Assembly: GCF_009914755.1 (NCBI RefSeq)
Contig: NC_060944.1
Source: the human T2T-CHM13v2.0 reference genome, Homo sapiens
DNA: 64,000 bases
Strand: one strand, 5' to 3'
Shown here: positions 30,001 through 45,000 of the stretch, one piece after another
How positions within the stretch are numbered: position 1 is the first letter of the stretch
Layout of the letters: each line of letters starts with the position of its first letter
Made by a program: the position numbers and the translations under genes
Notes under the pieces: model-generated
What the model was told of the DNA's origin: nothing
The model's database searches: none
The model's input: the letters and a program-made list of their open reading frames with translations, nothing else

Positions 30001-33000
30001 GGAATGTAATCAAATGGAATGCAATGGAAACGAACGGAATGCAATGGAATGGAATTGAATGGACTGTAATGGAATGGACTCGAATGGAATGGATTCGACT
30101 GGAAAGGACTCAAATAGAATGCAATCGAATGGAATGGAATTGAATAGAAAGAAATTGAATGGAATGTAATCAAAAGGAATTTACAGGAATGATATGGAAC
30201 GGAATAGAATGGACTAAAATGGAATGGACAGGAATGATATCGACTTGAATGGGATAGATTTGAAAGGAATGGAATCGAATGGAATGGAATAGAATAGAAT
30301 GAAATCGAATGGAAGTGATACGAATTGAATGGAATGGAATAGAACGGAATGGGTTCGAATGGAATGGAATTGAATAGAACGGAATGGAATGCAATGGAAT
30401 GGGATCCAATGGAATAGAATTGAATAGAATGGAATCAATCGGAGTGGAATCGAATACAATGGAATGGAATGCAGAGACTGGAATGGAATGGACTCGAATG
30501 GATTGTAATTGAATGGAATGGATTCTAATGGATAGGAATGGAATCGAAAGGAATGGAATCAAATGGAATAGATTGGGATGCAATGGAATGCAATGGAATG
30601 GGATGGAATGGAATGGAATGGACTCAAACGTAAAGAACTAGAGTGGAAAAGACTCAAATGCAATGTACTCAAATAGAATTGACTCAAATGGAATGGAATC
30701 GAATGGAATGGAATCGACTGGAATGGAAAGGAATGGAAGGAACTGGAATGGAATGGAATCGAATCAAATCAAATGTAATGGAATGTACGAGTATGGAAAG
30801 GACTGGAATCGAATCGATATAAAAGGAATGGACTTGAATGGAACGGATTTGAATGGAATGGACTCGAATGGAATAGATTCAAAAGGAATGGTCTCGAATG
30901 TAATGCTATTGAGTGGAATGGAATTAAATGGGAAGGAATTGAAAGGAATGGAATCGTACGGAATGGAATCGAATGGAATGGAATGAAATAGAATGTATTA
31001 CACTGGAATGGAATGGAATGGACTGCAATGGAATGGAATCGAATGGAATGTACTCGAAGTGAATGGAATGGAATCAACAGGAATGGAATGGAACGGAATG
31101 AAATAGAATGAAATGGAATGGACTCAAATGGAATGGACTCGAATGGAATGAACTCGAAAGAAATGGACACGATTGGAATGGATTTGAATGGAATGCAATC
31201 GAACAGAAAGCAATCGAATGGAATGGAATTGAATGGGATGGAATCGAATGGAATGGAATCAACTGGAATGGAGTCGTGTGAATTCCAATGGAATAGAATG
31301 GACTGGAATCGAATGGAGTGGAATGGAAAGATCTCGAAATTAATAGAATGGAGTGGATTGGAATGAAATAGAATCGAATGGAATGATCTGGAGTGGAATG
31401 GATTGGAATGGAATGTAGTCTAAAGAATGGACTCGAAAGGAATGCAATCAAATGGAATGGAATCGAATGGAATGGAATCGAATGGAATGGAATGGAATGA
31501 ACTTGAATGGACTGGAATGAAATGGAGTCAAAAGAATGGACTCGAAAGGAATGCAATCAAATGGAATGGAATGAAATGGAATGGAATCGAATAGAATGGA
31601 TTGGAATGGAATGGAATCGAATGGAATGGAATCGAATGAAATGGAATTTAATGGAATGGAATTGAATGGAATGGAAGCCAAAGGAAAGGAATCAAATGTC
31701 ATGGAATGGAATGGAACGGTCTCGAAAGGAATGGAATCGTATGCAATCAAACCAATCAAAGGCAAAGCAATGGATTGGAATATAATGGAATGGAATGCAA
31801 AGGAATTGCATCGAATGGATTGGAATGCAATGGAATGGAATGGAAGGCAATGGAAACGAGTGGAGTGGAATCAAATGGAATGGAAGGGATTGGAATGGAC
31901 TGGAATGGAATGGAATGGAATGCAATGGACTAGAATGTAATGGACTGGAATGGATTAGACTCAAATGGAATGGTATGTAATTGAATGGACACGAATGGAA
32001 TGGAAATGAATGGAATGGAATAGAATGGACTGCAATCAAATTGAATAGAATGGAATCGAATAGAATGGAACCAAGTGAAATGCAATTTAATGGAATGGAA
32101 TGGAATGGAATGGAATGGAATGGAATGGAATGGAATGGAACGGAATGGAGTGGAATGGAATTGAATATAATGCAATCGAAAGGAATGGAATAGAATGGAA
32201 TGGAATCGAGTTCAATGGAATCCAATATACTGCAATGGAATTGAATGGAATAGAATGGAATGGAAGGGAATGGAATGGAATGGAATCAAAAGGAAGGGAA
32301 CGAATGGAATGGAGTGGAATGGAATGGAATGGAATATAATGGAATGGAACGGAATGCAATGGAATGGAATTTAACCGAATGGAATGGAATAGAATGGGAT
32401 TGACTGTAATGGAATGAATGGAATGGAATGCACTCGAATGTAAAGGAAGGGAATGGAAGGGAATGGAATGGAACAGACTCTAATATAATGGAAGAAAAGT
32501 GAATGGAATGGAATGCAATGGACTGTAATGGAAGGAATGGAATTGAATGGACTCGAACGTAATTGACTGAAATGGAATGGAATCGAATGGAATGAATTGA
32601 AATGGAATAGAATGGAAAGGACAAAAGTGGAATGGAAAGGAATGGACTGTAATGGAAGGAATGGAATGGAATGCACACGAATGTAACTGGAATGGAATGG
32701 AATCAAATGGAATGGACAGGAATGGAATTAAATGGAATGGAATGGAATGGATTGGAATGGAATGAAATGGAATGGAATGGAATGGAATAGAAAGGAATGG
32801 AATGGAATGGGATTGAATGGAATGGAATGGAATGGAATAGAAAAGAATGGAATGGAATGGGATTGAATGGAATGGAATGGAATAGACTGGAATGGAACGG
32901 AACGGAATGGAATGGAATTCAATTGAATGGAAAGGAATGGAGTGAACTGTAATGGAAGGAATGGAATGGAATGCACTCGAATGTCATTGACTGGAATGGA

Positions 33001-36000
33001 ATGGACTCGTATGGAATGGACTGGAATTGAATGGAATGGAATGGACAGTAATGGAAGAAATTGAATGGAATGGACTCAAACGGAAAGGACTCAAACGGAG
33101 TGGACTCGAATTGAAAGGATGTGAATGGAATGGACTCGATTATTGTGGATTCGAATGCAATGGACTCGAATGGAATGCAATCAAAAGGAACAGATTCGAA
33201 TGGAATGGAATAGAAAGGAATGGACACGAATGGAATGGAGTAGAATAGAATAGACTCAAATGGAATGGACTGGAATGGAATGGAATCAAATGGAATGGAA
33301 TGGAATCGAATGGAACGGCATGGAATTGAATGTGATGGAATCGAATGGATTGAAATCAAATGGAATGGACTGGAATGGAATGGAATCGAATGGAAAGGAC
33401 TCAAATGCAATGGACTCGAATGGAATGGAATCACATGGGATGGAATCGAATAGAATGGAATGCAGTGGAACGGAGTCAAAAGGAATGGACTCGAATGGAA
33501 GGAACTCGATAGGAATGGAATGGATTGGAATGGGATAGAATGTAATGGACTCTAATGTAATGAACTGGAATGAAATGGACTTCAGTGGAATGGACTCGAA
33601 TGGAATGCAATGGAATGGAATGGACTCTGTTTGAATGGACATGAATGGAATGCAATCGAAAGGAATGAAATTGAAGTGTAAGGAATCAAATGGAATGGAC
33701 AGGAGTGGAATGCACTGGAATGTAATGGACTCGAATGGAATGAACTGGAATGATATGGACTCCAATGGAATGGACTCGAAAGGAATTGAATAGAATGCAG
33801 TGAAATAGAATGCATTGGAATGGAATCGAATGGAATGGAGTCCAATACAGTGGAATCGAATGGAATGGAATCGAATGGAATGGAGTCGAAAGTAATGGAC
33901 TGGAATGGAACGGTCTTGAATGGAATGGAATCAAATTGAATGGAACCTAATGTATCGGACTCGAAAGGAATGGACTGGAATGGAATGGAATCAAATGGAA
34001 TTGACTCAAATGGAACGGAATTGAATGGAATGGAATCGAAAGGAAAGGAATGGAATGGAATTGAATCGAATCGAAAGGAATGGAGTGGAATGGAATAGAA
34101 TTGAATTGAATGGAATGGAATGGAAACAAATGGAATGTAATCGAACAGAATGGAATGGAAAGGAATGCAATGGAATCGAATGGAAAGAAATCAAATGGAA
34201 TGGAATTGAATGGAATGGAGTCAAATGGAATGTATTCTAATGGAATGGAATCAAATGGCATGTGATGGAATGGAATGGAATCGAAAGGAATGGAATGGAA
34301 TGCAATGCATTCAAATTGAAAGGGATCAAATGAAATGGAAAGAATGGAATTTAATCGAACTGAATGGAATAGAATGGTATCGAATGGATTCGAATGGCTT
34401 GTGGTGAAATGGATTGGAATGGGTTGGAATGGAATGGGTTGGAAATGAATTGAATGTAGTGTAGTGGAGTGGAGTGGATGGAGTATAAGGGAATGGAAAG
34501 GGAAGGAATGTAATTGAACAGACTGGATTGGAAAGGAGTGGAATATAATAGAATGGAATGTAACGGAATGGAATGGAATGCAATGGAATGGTATGGAGTG
34601 AAATGGATTTCTTGGAGTGAAATAAAATGGAATGAAGTTGGATGGAATGCAGTGAATTGGGGTAGACTGTAGTGGAATGGAATGGAATGCAGTGGAATGG
34701 AATGGACTCGAAAAGAAAGAACACGAATGGAATGGAATGGACACTAATGGAAAGGAAGGGAATAAAAAGGAATGGAGTGGAATGGAATAGAATGGAATGG
34801 AATGGAATTGAACAGAATGGAATCGAATGGAATGGAATCGAATAGAATGGAACAGAATGGAATGAAATGGAATGTATTTCAATAGAATAGACAGATATGG
34901 AATGGAATCAAAACAATGGGAATGGAATGGACTCGAATGAAACTGAATCAAAAGAAATCGAATGGAATGGAATAGAATAGAACAAAATGGACTCGAATGG
35001 AATGGACTGCAATGGAATCGAATCGAATGGAATGGACACGAATGGAATGGACTAGAATGCAATGGGTTTGAATGGATTGGAATCCAAAGGAATACCCTAG
35101 AACGTAATGTAATTGAATGGAATGGAATCGAATGGAATGGACTGGATTGGAATGGAAAGGATTCAAATGGAATCGATTCAATTGGAATGGATTCGAACGG
35201 AATGCAATCGAATGGAGTGGAATCAAATGGAATGGAATCGAATGGAATGGAATAGAATGGAATGGAATCCAATAGATTGGAATCAAATGGAAGGGAACGG
35301 AAGGGAATGGAATGGACTCAAATGTAATGGAAAGGAATGCAATCAAGTGGAATGGAATGGAATGGATTGGAATGGAATGGAATGGAAAGAATGGAATGTA
35401 ACGGACACAAATGTAATGGACTGGCATGGAACAGACTCGAATGGAATGGATTGAAATGAAAAAGAATGGAATGAAATGGAATTGCATGGAATGGAATAGA
35501 AAGGAATGGAATAGAATAGACTCAAATGTAATGAACTGGAATGAAAAGGAATGGAATGGAACATACTCTAATAGAATGGAATAGAATGGAACTGAATGGA
35601 ATGCAACGGAATGAAATGGAATGGAACGGAGTGGAATTGAATAAAATGGAATGGAATGGACTCGAATGGAATGGAATTGAATGGAATGGAATGTAACTGA
35701 ATAGAACGACATTGAATGGAATGGAAAGGTACCGAATGGAAAGGAATGGGATGGAATGGGATGGAATGGAATGGAATGGAATGGAATGGAATGGAATGGA
35801 GTCGAATGGAATGGAATGGAATAAAATGGAGTGGCATGGAATGGAATAGAATGGAATGAAATGAAATGGAGTGGCATGGAATGGAATAGAATGGAATGGA
35901 TTGAAATGGAGTGGAATGGAAGGAATGGAATCGAATAGAATGGAGTGTAATTGAATGGAATGGAAAGGAACGGAATCAAACAGAATGGAATGGAACGGAA

Positions 36001-39000
36001 TGGACTGTAATGGAATTGCACGTAATCAAACCGAATGGAATGGAATGGAATGAACTCAATTGAAATGGATTCGAATGGAATGGACTCGAATGTAATGCAA
36101 TCGAATGGAATGGAATCAAATGGAAAGGAATAGATTGGAATAGAATCGAACGGAATGGAATGCAATGGAATGGAATGGAATGGAATGGAATGGAGTGGAA
36201 TAGAACGAAATGGAATGGAATGGAAAGGACCCAAATGCAATGGAATGGAATTCAATATAACGAAATAGAATGGAATGGAAATGACCCAAATGGAATGGAA
36301 TTGAATGGAATGAAATTGAATGGAATAGAATGGAATGGAATGGAATGGAATGGAATGGAATGGAATGGAATGGAATGGAATGGAATGGATTGTAATAGAA
36401 TCGCATAGATTGGAATGGAATGGAATGGACTGTATTGGAATGCATTCGAATGGAATGAACTCAAATGGAATGGAATGGAATAGAATGGAAGGAAATCAAA
36501 TGGAATGGAGGCGAATGGAATGGACCCGAATGGAATGGAGTCGAAAGCAACGGACTGGAATGGAATGGAATCGAATGGAAGGGATTAGAATGTAAAAGAA
36601 TTCAATGGAAGACAATAAAAAATACTGGGCTGGAATTGAACGTACTGGAATGGAATGGAATAGAATGGAAGGGAATCGAGTGGAATTGAAAGGACTAGAG
36701 TGGAATGGATTCGAATGCAATGGACTCGAATGGAATGCAGTCAAATGGAATGGAATCTAATGGAATGCAGTCAAGTGCAATGGAACAGAATGGAATGGAC
36801 TCGAATGGAATGGACTTGAACGCAATGGACTGGAATGGAATGGAATCTAACGGAAAGGAATCGAACGGAATGGAATTGAACTTAATGGAATGGAATCGAA
36901 TGTAATTGAATGGAGGGGACAGGAAGTGAATGGTATCGAACGGTATAGAATGGAATGGAAGTCAATGGAATGCAATTGATTGGAATGGAATCAAATGGAA
37001 GGGAATTGAAAGGAATTGAATCAAATGGAATCGAATGGAATGGTAAGGAATGGAATGGAATGGAATGTACTCAAATGGAATGGACTGGAATTGAACGGTC
37101 TCAAATGGAATGAAATGGAATCCATTGAAATGGAATGGAATGCAATAGAATGGAATGGACTCCAACGGATTAGACTGGAAGGGAATGGACTCAAATGGAC
37201 AGGAATCAAACGGAATGAAATAAAATGGAATGGAATGGAATGGAACAGAATCGAATGAAATGGAATTTAATGGAATGGAATAGAATGGACTGGAAAGGAA
37301 TGGATTGGAATGGAATGGAATGGAATGGAATGGAATGGAATGGAAAGGAATGGAATTGAAAGGAATGGAATGGAATGGAATGGTATGAAATGGAACGGAA
37401 TGCAATGGATTCAAACAGAATGGATTGGAATGAAATGAACTGGAATGGAATGGGCTGCAGTGGAATGGAATGGAATGGAATTGATTTAAACTGAATGGAA
37501 TGATGTAGAACGGACTCAAACGGAATGGATTAGAATGGAATGGAATGGACTCGAAGGAAATGGACTGGAATGGAATGGATTCGAACAGAATGGATCGGAA
37601 TTGAATAGAATGTAATGTAATCAAACGGAATGGAATGGAATGAATGGAATTGAATGAAATGGAATGGAATGGAATTGATTTGAACGGAATGGAATGGAGT
37701 TGAATGGACTCGAACGGAATGCATTTGAAAAGAATGGAATGGATTCGAAGGGAATGGACTGGAATGGAATGGATTCGAACAGAATGGATTGGAATTGAAT
37801 CAAATGTAATGGAATCTAACAGAATGGAATGGAATGAACGGAATTCAATCGAAAGGAATGGAATGGATTCGAACGGAATGGAATGAAATGCAATCGAAAG
37901 GAATGGAATGAAATCGAATGAAATTGAATGGAGTGCAATCGAATGGAGTTGAATGGAATTGAATGAAAAGGATTCGAACGGAATGGAATGGAATAGAATG
38001 GCATGGAATGGAATAGAATTGCATGGAATGCAATGCTCTCTAATGGAATGGAATGAAATGGAATGGAACTGACCCTAATGTAATCGAATCTAAAGAATGG
38101 AATACAATGGAGTAGAATTGAATGGAATGGAATCTAATGGAATGGAATGGAATGGTATGGAATCAAATGGAATGGAATGGCATGGACAGGAACAGAATGT
38201 ACTGGAATGGAATGGAATGGTATGGAATCAAATGGAATGGAATGGCATGGACAGGAACAGAATGTACTGGAATGGAATGGAATGGAATGGAATAATATGG
38301 AAAAGAATGGAATCGAATGGAATGGAATGGAATGGATTCGAATGAACTGGAATGGAATGGAATGGATTCGTATGGAATTTAATGAAATGGAATGGAATGG
38401 AATGGAATCTAACGGAATGCAATGGAGTGGCAAACAATCGAATGGAATGGAATGGAGTGGAATGAATGGAATGGAATGGCATGAAAAAGATTAGAATGAA
38501 TGGACTGGAAAGGAATAGAATGGAATGGAACGAAATGTCCTCGAATGTAATCGAATGGAATTGAATGGACTCCAATGGAATGGACTCAATTGGAAGGGAC
38601 TAGAAAGGAATGAATTTGAATGGAATGGAATCGAATGTAATAGAATGAAATGGAATAGAATCGAATGGAATGGAATTGAATGGAATGGAATGAAATGGAA
38701 TGTAATGGAATCAAATTGAATGCACTGGAATGGAAAGGACTTGACTGCAATGCACTCAAATGGAATGGAATCGAATGGAATGGGATCGAATGGAAAGGGA
38801 TCAAAAGAAATGCAATCGAATGGAATGGAATCGAGCGGAACGGAACTGAATAGAAAGGAATGGAATGAAATGGACTCGAAAGGAATGGAATGGAGTGGAA
38901 TGGTCTTCAATGGAATGGCATCGAATGGAATGCAGTTGAATGTAATGGAATCGAATGTAATGGAATCAAATGGAATGGAAAGGACTGGAACGGAAGGGCA

Positions 39001-42000
39001 TGGACTGGAATATAATTGACTGGATTGGAATGGACACGAATGTAATTGAAACAAATGGAATGGAATCTCACGGAATGGAATCATATGTAATGGAGAAGAA
39101 TGGAATTCACTGGAATGGAAAGGTTTCGAACGGAATGGAATCGAATGGAAAGGATTGGAAAGGAATGGAATAGAATGGAATGGAATGGAAAAGAATGGAA
39201 TGCACTGGAATGGAAAGGTCTCGAATGGAATAGAATGGAAAAGAATGGAAGGCACTGGAAAGGAAAGGTCTCGAATGGAATGGAATGGAATGGAAAGGAT
39301 TGGAATGGAATGGAATGGAATGGAATAGAAACGAATGGAATGGATTGGACTGGAATGGAAAGGACTAGATGGAATGGACTGCAACGGATTAGACTCAAAA
39401 GGAATGGACTCGAAAGAATGGCATCAAATGGAATGGAATGGAATGGAATTGACTGGAACGGAATGGAAATGACTCGAATAGAATTGAATCAAATGGAATG
39501 GACTGGAATGGAAAGGAATGGACTCGAATGGAATGGACTGGAATGGAATGGTCTCGAATGGAATGGAATCGAATGGAATGGACTTGAGTAGAATGGAATG
39601 GAATGGAACAGTCTCGAATTGAGTGGAATTGAGTGGAATGGAATCGAATGGAATGGAATAAAATGGAATGGAATGGAATAGAATGGAACAGAATCAAATG
39701 GAATGGAATGGAATGGAATGGAATTTACTCGAGTGTAATATAGTGGAATCGAAAGGACTCGAATGGAAGGGACTCAAACGCCATGGAATCGAATAGAATG
39801 GAATGCAATGAAATGGAATCGAATGGAATTTAATGGAATGGACTGGAATGGAATGTACTCGAATGGAATAGAATCAAATGGAATGGAATGGAATGGAAGA
39901 GAATGGAATGAAATTGATTCAAAAAGAATAGATTGGAATGGAATAAAATCGAATGGAATGGAATGGAACGGAATGGAATAGAATGGAATGGAATGGAAAG
40001 GAATAGAATGTAATGGATTGGAATGGACTCCAATGTAACGGACTGGAATAGAATGGACTCAAATGGAGTGGACTCTAATGGAATGGACTCTAGAGGAATG
40101 GAATGCAATAGAATGGAATGGAATGAAATGGAATGGAATGGACTGGAATGGAATGGACTCGAATAGAATGGACTTCATTGGAATGGACCCAAAGGGAATG
40201 CAATCGAACAGAATGGAATAGAATGGAATGGATTCGAATGGAATGGACTGGAATGGAATGTATTTGAATGGAATGTACTGGAATGGAATGGTCTTGAATG
40301 GAATAGAATCGGAAGGAATGCAATATAATGGAATTGAAAGGAATGCAATGGAATGGAATTGAAACAAAAGGAATGGAATCAAATGGAAACAAATGGAATG
40401 GAATGGAATGGAATCAAATGGAATGTAGTGGAATGGAATGGAATCGATTTGAATGGACTCGAATGAAATGGAATCAAATGCAATGGAATCGAGTAAAATG
40501 AGATCAAATGGAATGGGATGGAATGGAATGGAATAGAGTGGAACGGAGTCGAATGTAATGGAAGCGATCGGAAAGGAATCAAATGGCAACAAATGGAATC
40601 GAATGGATTCAGATGCAGCGGAGTGGAGAGGAATGCAGTGGAATTAAATTGGTTGGATTGGAATTGAATGTAGTGGAGTGGAGTGGAGTGGAGTGGAATG
40701 AAATGTATGGAATGAAATAAAATGGAATGGAATGAAATGGAATCGTATGAAATCGAAAGGAATTGAATTGAAAGGCATGGAATCAAACCGAATTGAATGG
40801 AATCGAATGTATTGGAATGTAATAGAATGGAATCGAATGGAATGGACTAAAAATGAATGCATCAGAATGGAAAGGTCTCGAATGGAATGGAACGGAATTG
40901 AATGAAATCGAAAGGAATGGCATCGAATGGAAAGGAATGGAATGGAATGGACTCAAATGCAATCTACTAAAATAGAAAGGACTCGAATGGAATGGAGTCG
41001 AATGGAGTGGAATCGAATGCAATGGAATCGAATGGAAGGGAATACAATGGATTTGAATGGAATGGAATGGAATGGAATGGAACGGACTTGAATGTAATTT
41101 ACTCGAATGGAATGAAATCGAATGAAATGGAATCAAAACGAATGAAATAGAATGGAATATAATGGAATGGAATGGAATGGAATGGACTTGAATGGAATGG
41201 ACTGAAATGGAATGGACTCGAACAGAATTGTCTTGAATGGAATGGTAATGAAGGGAAGGGAATAGAATGGATTGGAATGGTATGGAATGCAATCAAATGG
41301 AATGCATTCGAACGGAATGGAATGGAATAGAATGGAATTGAATGGAATGCAATGGACTCAAATGGAATGGAATGGAATGGGCTCAAATGGAAGGGAATCG
41401 AATGGAATCAAATCGAATGGAATGGATTTGAATGGAATCGAATGGAATGGAATGGACAGGAGCAGAATGGAATTGAATGGAAAGGAAATGTATGGAATGG
41501 AATGGAATGGATTGGAATGGAATGGACTCGAATGGAAAAGAATGGAATGGAATGGAAACGAATGGAATGGACTTTAATGGAATGCAATCTAATGGAATGG
41601 ACTGGAATGGAATGGACTCAAAAGGAATGGACTGGAATGGAATGGCTTGAATGGAATGGAATCGAATAGATCAGAATAAAATGGAATGGAATGGAATGGA
41701 ATGGAATTGAATGGAATTGAATGCAATGGAATGGAATGGAACGGACTCGAATGGAAGGGAATCAAAAAAAATGGAATGGACAGGACTGGAATGGAATGGA
41801 CCCGTAAGGAATGGACTGGAATGGAACGGCTCAAATGGAAGGGAATACAATGGAATTGAATTGACTGGAATGGAAAAGAGTCCACTCGAATGTAATGGAC
41901 TGGAATGGAATGGACTCGAATGGAATGGGATCAAATGGAATGGCATTGAATGGAATTTAATTGAATTGAATGGATTGAAATGGTTCAATCTCGAATGGAA

Positions 42001-45000
42001 TGGAATGGAATGGATTCGAATGGATTGGACACGAACGGAATAAAATCGAAAGGAATGGAATGGAATAGAATAGAATGGAATGGACTTGAATATAATGGCC
42101 AGGAATTGAATTGACTCGAATGGAATGAAATCGAGTCAAATGGAATTGAAACGAATGAAATTTAGTGAAATATAATGGAATGGAATGGACTTGAATGGAA
42201 CGGACTGCAATGGAATGGACTGAAATGGAATGGACTCGAATGGAATTGTCTTGAATGAAATTGTAACGAACGGAATGGAATAGAATGAATTGGAATGGTA
42301 TGGAAAGCAACGGAATGGAATGGATTCGAATGGAATGGAATGGAATAGAATGTAATTGAATGGAATGAAATGGACTCGAATGTAATAGAATGGAATGGAA
42401 TGGACTCGAATGGAATGGAATCAGATGGAATCAAATCGAATGGAACGGATTTGAATAGAATCAAAAGGAATAGAATGCAATGGAATGGACAGGAAGAGAA
42501 TGAAATCGAATGGAATGGAATGGTATGGAATGGAATGGATTGGAATGGTATGGACTCGAATGGCATGGACTCGAATGGAATGGAATCCATTGGAATATAC
42601 TCTAAAGGAATAAAATCGAATGGAATGGACAGGAATTCAATGGACTGAAAAGGAATGGACTTGAATGGAACGGTCTCGAATGGAAGAGAATCAAATGGAA
42701 TAGAATTCAAAGGAATGGAATGGAATCGAATGGAATCGAATCGAATGGAATGGAATGGACTGGAATGGAACGGAATGGAGTGGAATAGAACGGAATGGAC
42801 TCGAATGTAATGGACTGGAAACGCATGGACTCGAATGGAATGCAATCAAACGGAATGTAATTGAATGGAATGGAATATAATGGAATGAGAACAAATCAAA
42901 TGAACACGAATGGAATGGACTGGAATGGAACTGTCTTGAATGGAATAGAATGGAATGGTATGGAATCGAATGGAATGGAATGGAATGGAATGGAGTGGAA
43001 GGGAAAGGAATGGAATAGAACAGAATCGACACGAATGGAATGGACTGGAACGGAATGGAATGGAAGTGAAAGGAATGGACTCGAATGGAATGGACCCGAA
43101 AGGAAAGGAATCATATGGAATGGAATCAAATGGAATGGAATGGTTTCCAATGGAAAGGAACGGAATGAACTCGAAAGGAAGGGAATGGAATGGAATGGAA
43201 CGGAAAGAACTGGAATGGAATGGCCTCGAAAGGAATGGAATGGAATGGTATGATCTCGAATGGAAAGGAAACGAATGGAATTGAATAGACTGGAATGGAA
43301 AGGAATGGAATCGAATGTAATGGACTGGAATGGAATGGACTCGAATGGAATGAAATTGAATGAATAGAATCGAATGGAATGGAATCGAATGGAATTGACA
43401 CAAATTGAATGGATTAGAATGGAATGGCCTCAACTGGAGCATAATGTAACGGAATGGAATGGAACAGAATGGAATAGAATGCAATGGAACAGAATAGAAC
43501 GGAATGGAATTGAAAGGAATGGATTGCAATGGAATGCACTCGATTGGAATGGGCACGAATGGAATGGTATCGAATGGAATGGAATCAAATGGAATGGATT
43601 GAATGGAATGGGATCGAATGAATTGGAATCGAATGTTATGGAATCGAATGGAATGGAATCTAATCGAATGAAATGGAATGGAATGGAATGCAATGGAATG
43701 GAATGGAATGGAATGCAATGCAATGGAATGGAATGGAATGCAATGGAATGGAATGGAATGCAATGAAATAGAATGGAATGCAATGGAATGGAATGGAATG
43801 CAATGAAATGGAATGGAATGGAATGGAATGGAATGGAATGGAATGGAATGCAATGGAATGGAATGGAATGCAATGGAATGGAATGGAATGGAATGGAATG
43901 GAATGGAATGGAATGGAATGGAATGCAATGGAATGGAATGGAATGGAATGGAATGGAATGGAATGGAATGCAATGGAATGGAATGGAATGCAATGGAATG
44001 GAATGGAATGGAATGCAATGGAATGGAATGGAATGGAATGCAATGGAATGGAATGGAATGCAATGGAATGGAATGGAATGGAATGGAATGCAATGGAATG
44101 GAATGGAATAGCCTCTAATGGAATGGAAGTGAGTCGAATGGAATGGAATGGAATGGAATGGAATGCACTGAAATGGAATTTAATGGAATGGAATTTAATG
44201 GAATAGAATGGAATGGAATCAACTAAAATGCAATGGAATGGAATGGAACGGAATTGAATGGAATGGAATGGAACCGAATGGAATAAAAGGGCATGCAATG
44301 GAATCAAAAGTAGTGTTATAGAATGGAATGGAATGAAATAGAATGGAATGGAATCAAAAGGAATAAAAGGGCATGCAATGGAATCAAAAGCAGAGAAATA
44401 GAATGGAATAGAATGGAATACAATGAAATAGAATGGAATGGAATGGAATGGATTCAAGTGGAATGGAATGAAATGGTTTGGATTCGAATTGAAGGGACTG
44501 GAATGGAATGTATTCGAATGGAATGGAATGGAACGGAATGGAATGAACTGGAGTGGACTCGAATGTAATGGACTGGAATGGAATGGACTCAAATAAATGG
44601 ACTTGAATGGAATGGACTCGCATGGAATGGAATCGAATGAAATTTAATGGAATGGAATAGAATGGAATGGAATGTACTCGAATGTAATGGACTGGAACCG
44701 TACGTATGTAATGGAAAGGAATGGAATGGACTCGAATGAAATGGAATGGAATGGAATGAACTGGAATGGAATGGACTCGAATGGAATGGACTCCATTGGA
44801 ATGGACCCGAAAGGAATGCAATCGAATGAAATGGAATCAAACGGAATGGATTCGAAAGGAATGGACTGGAATGGAATGGATTCGAATGGAATGTACTGGA
44901 TTGGAACTGTCACAAATGTAATGGAATCGAAAGGAATGCAATGGAATGGAAGCAAATGGAATCGAATGGAATGGAATGGAATCGAATGGAATGTACTGGA

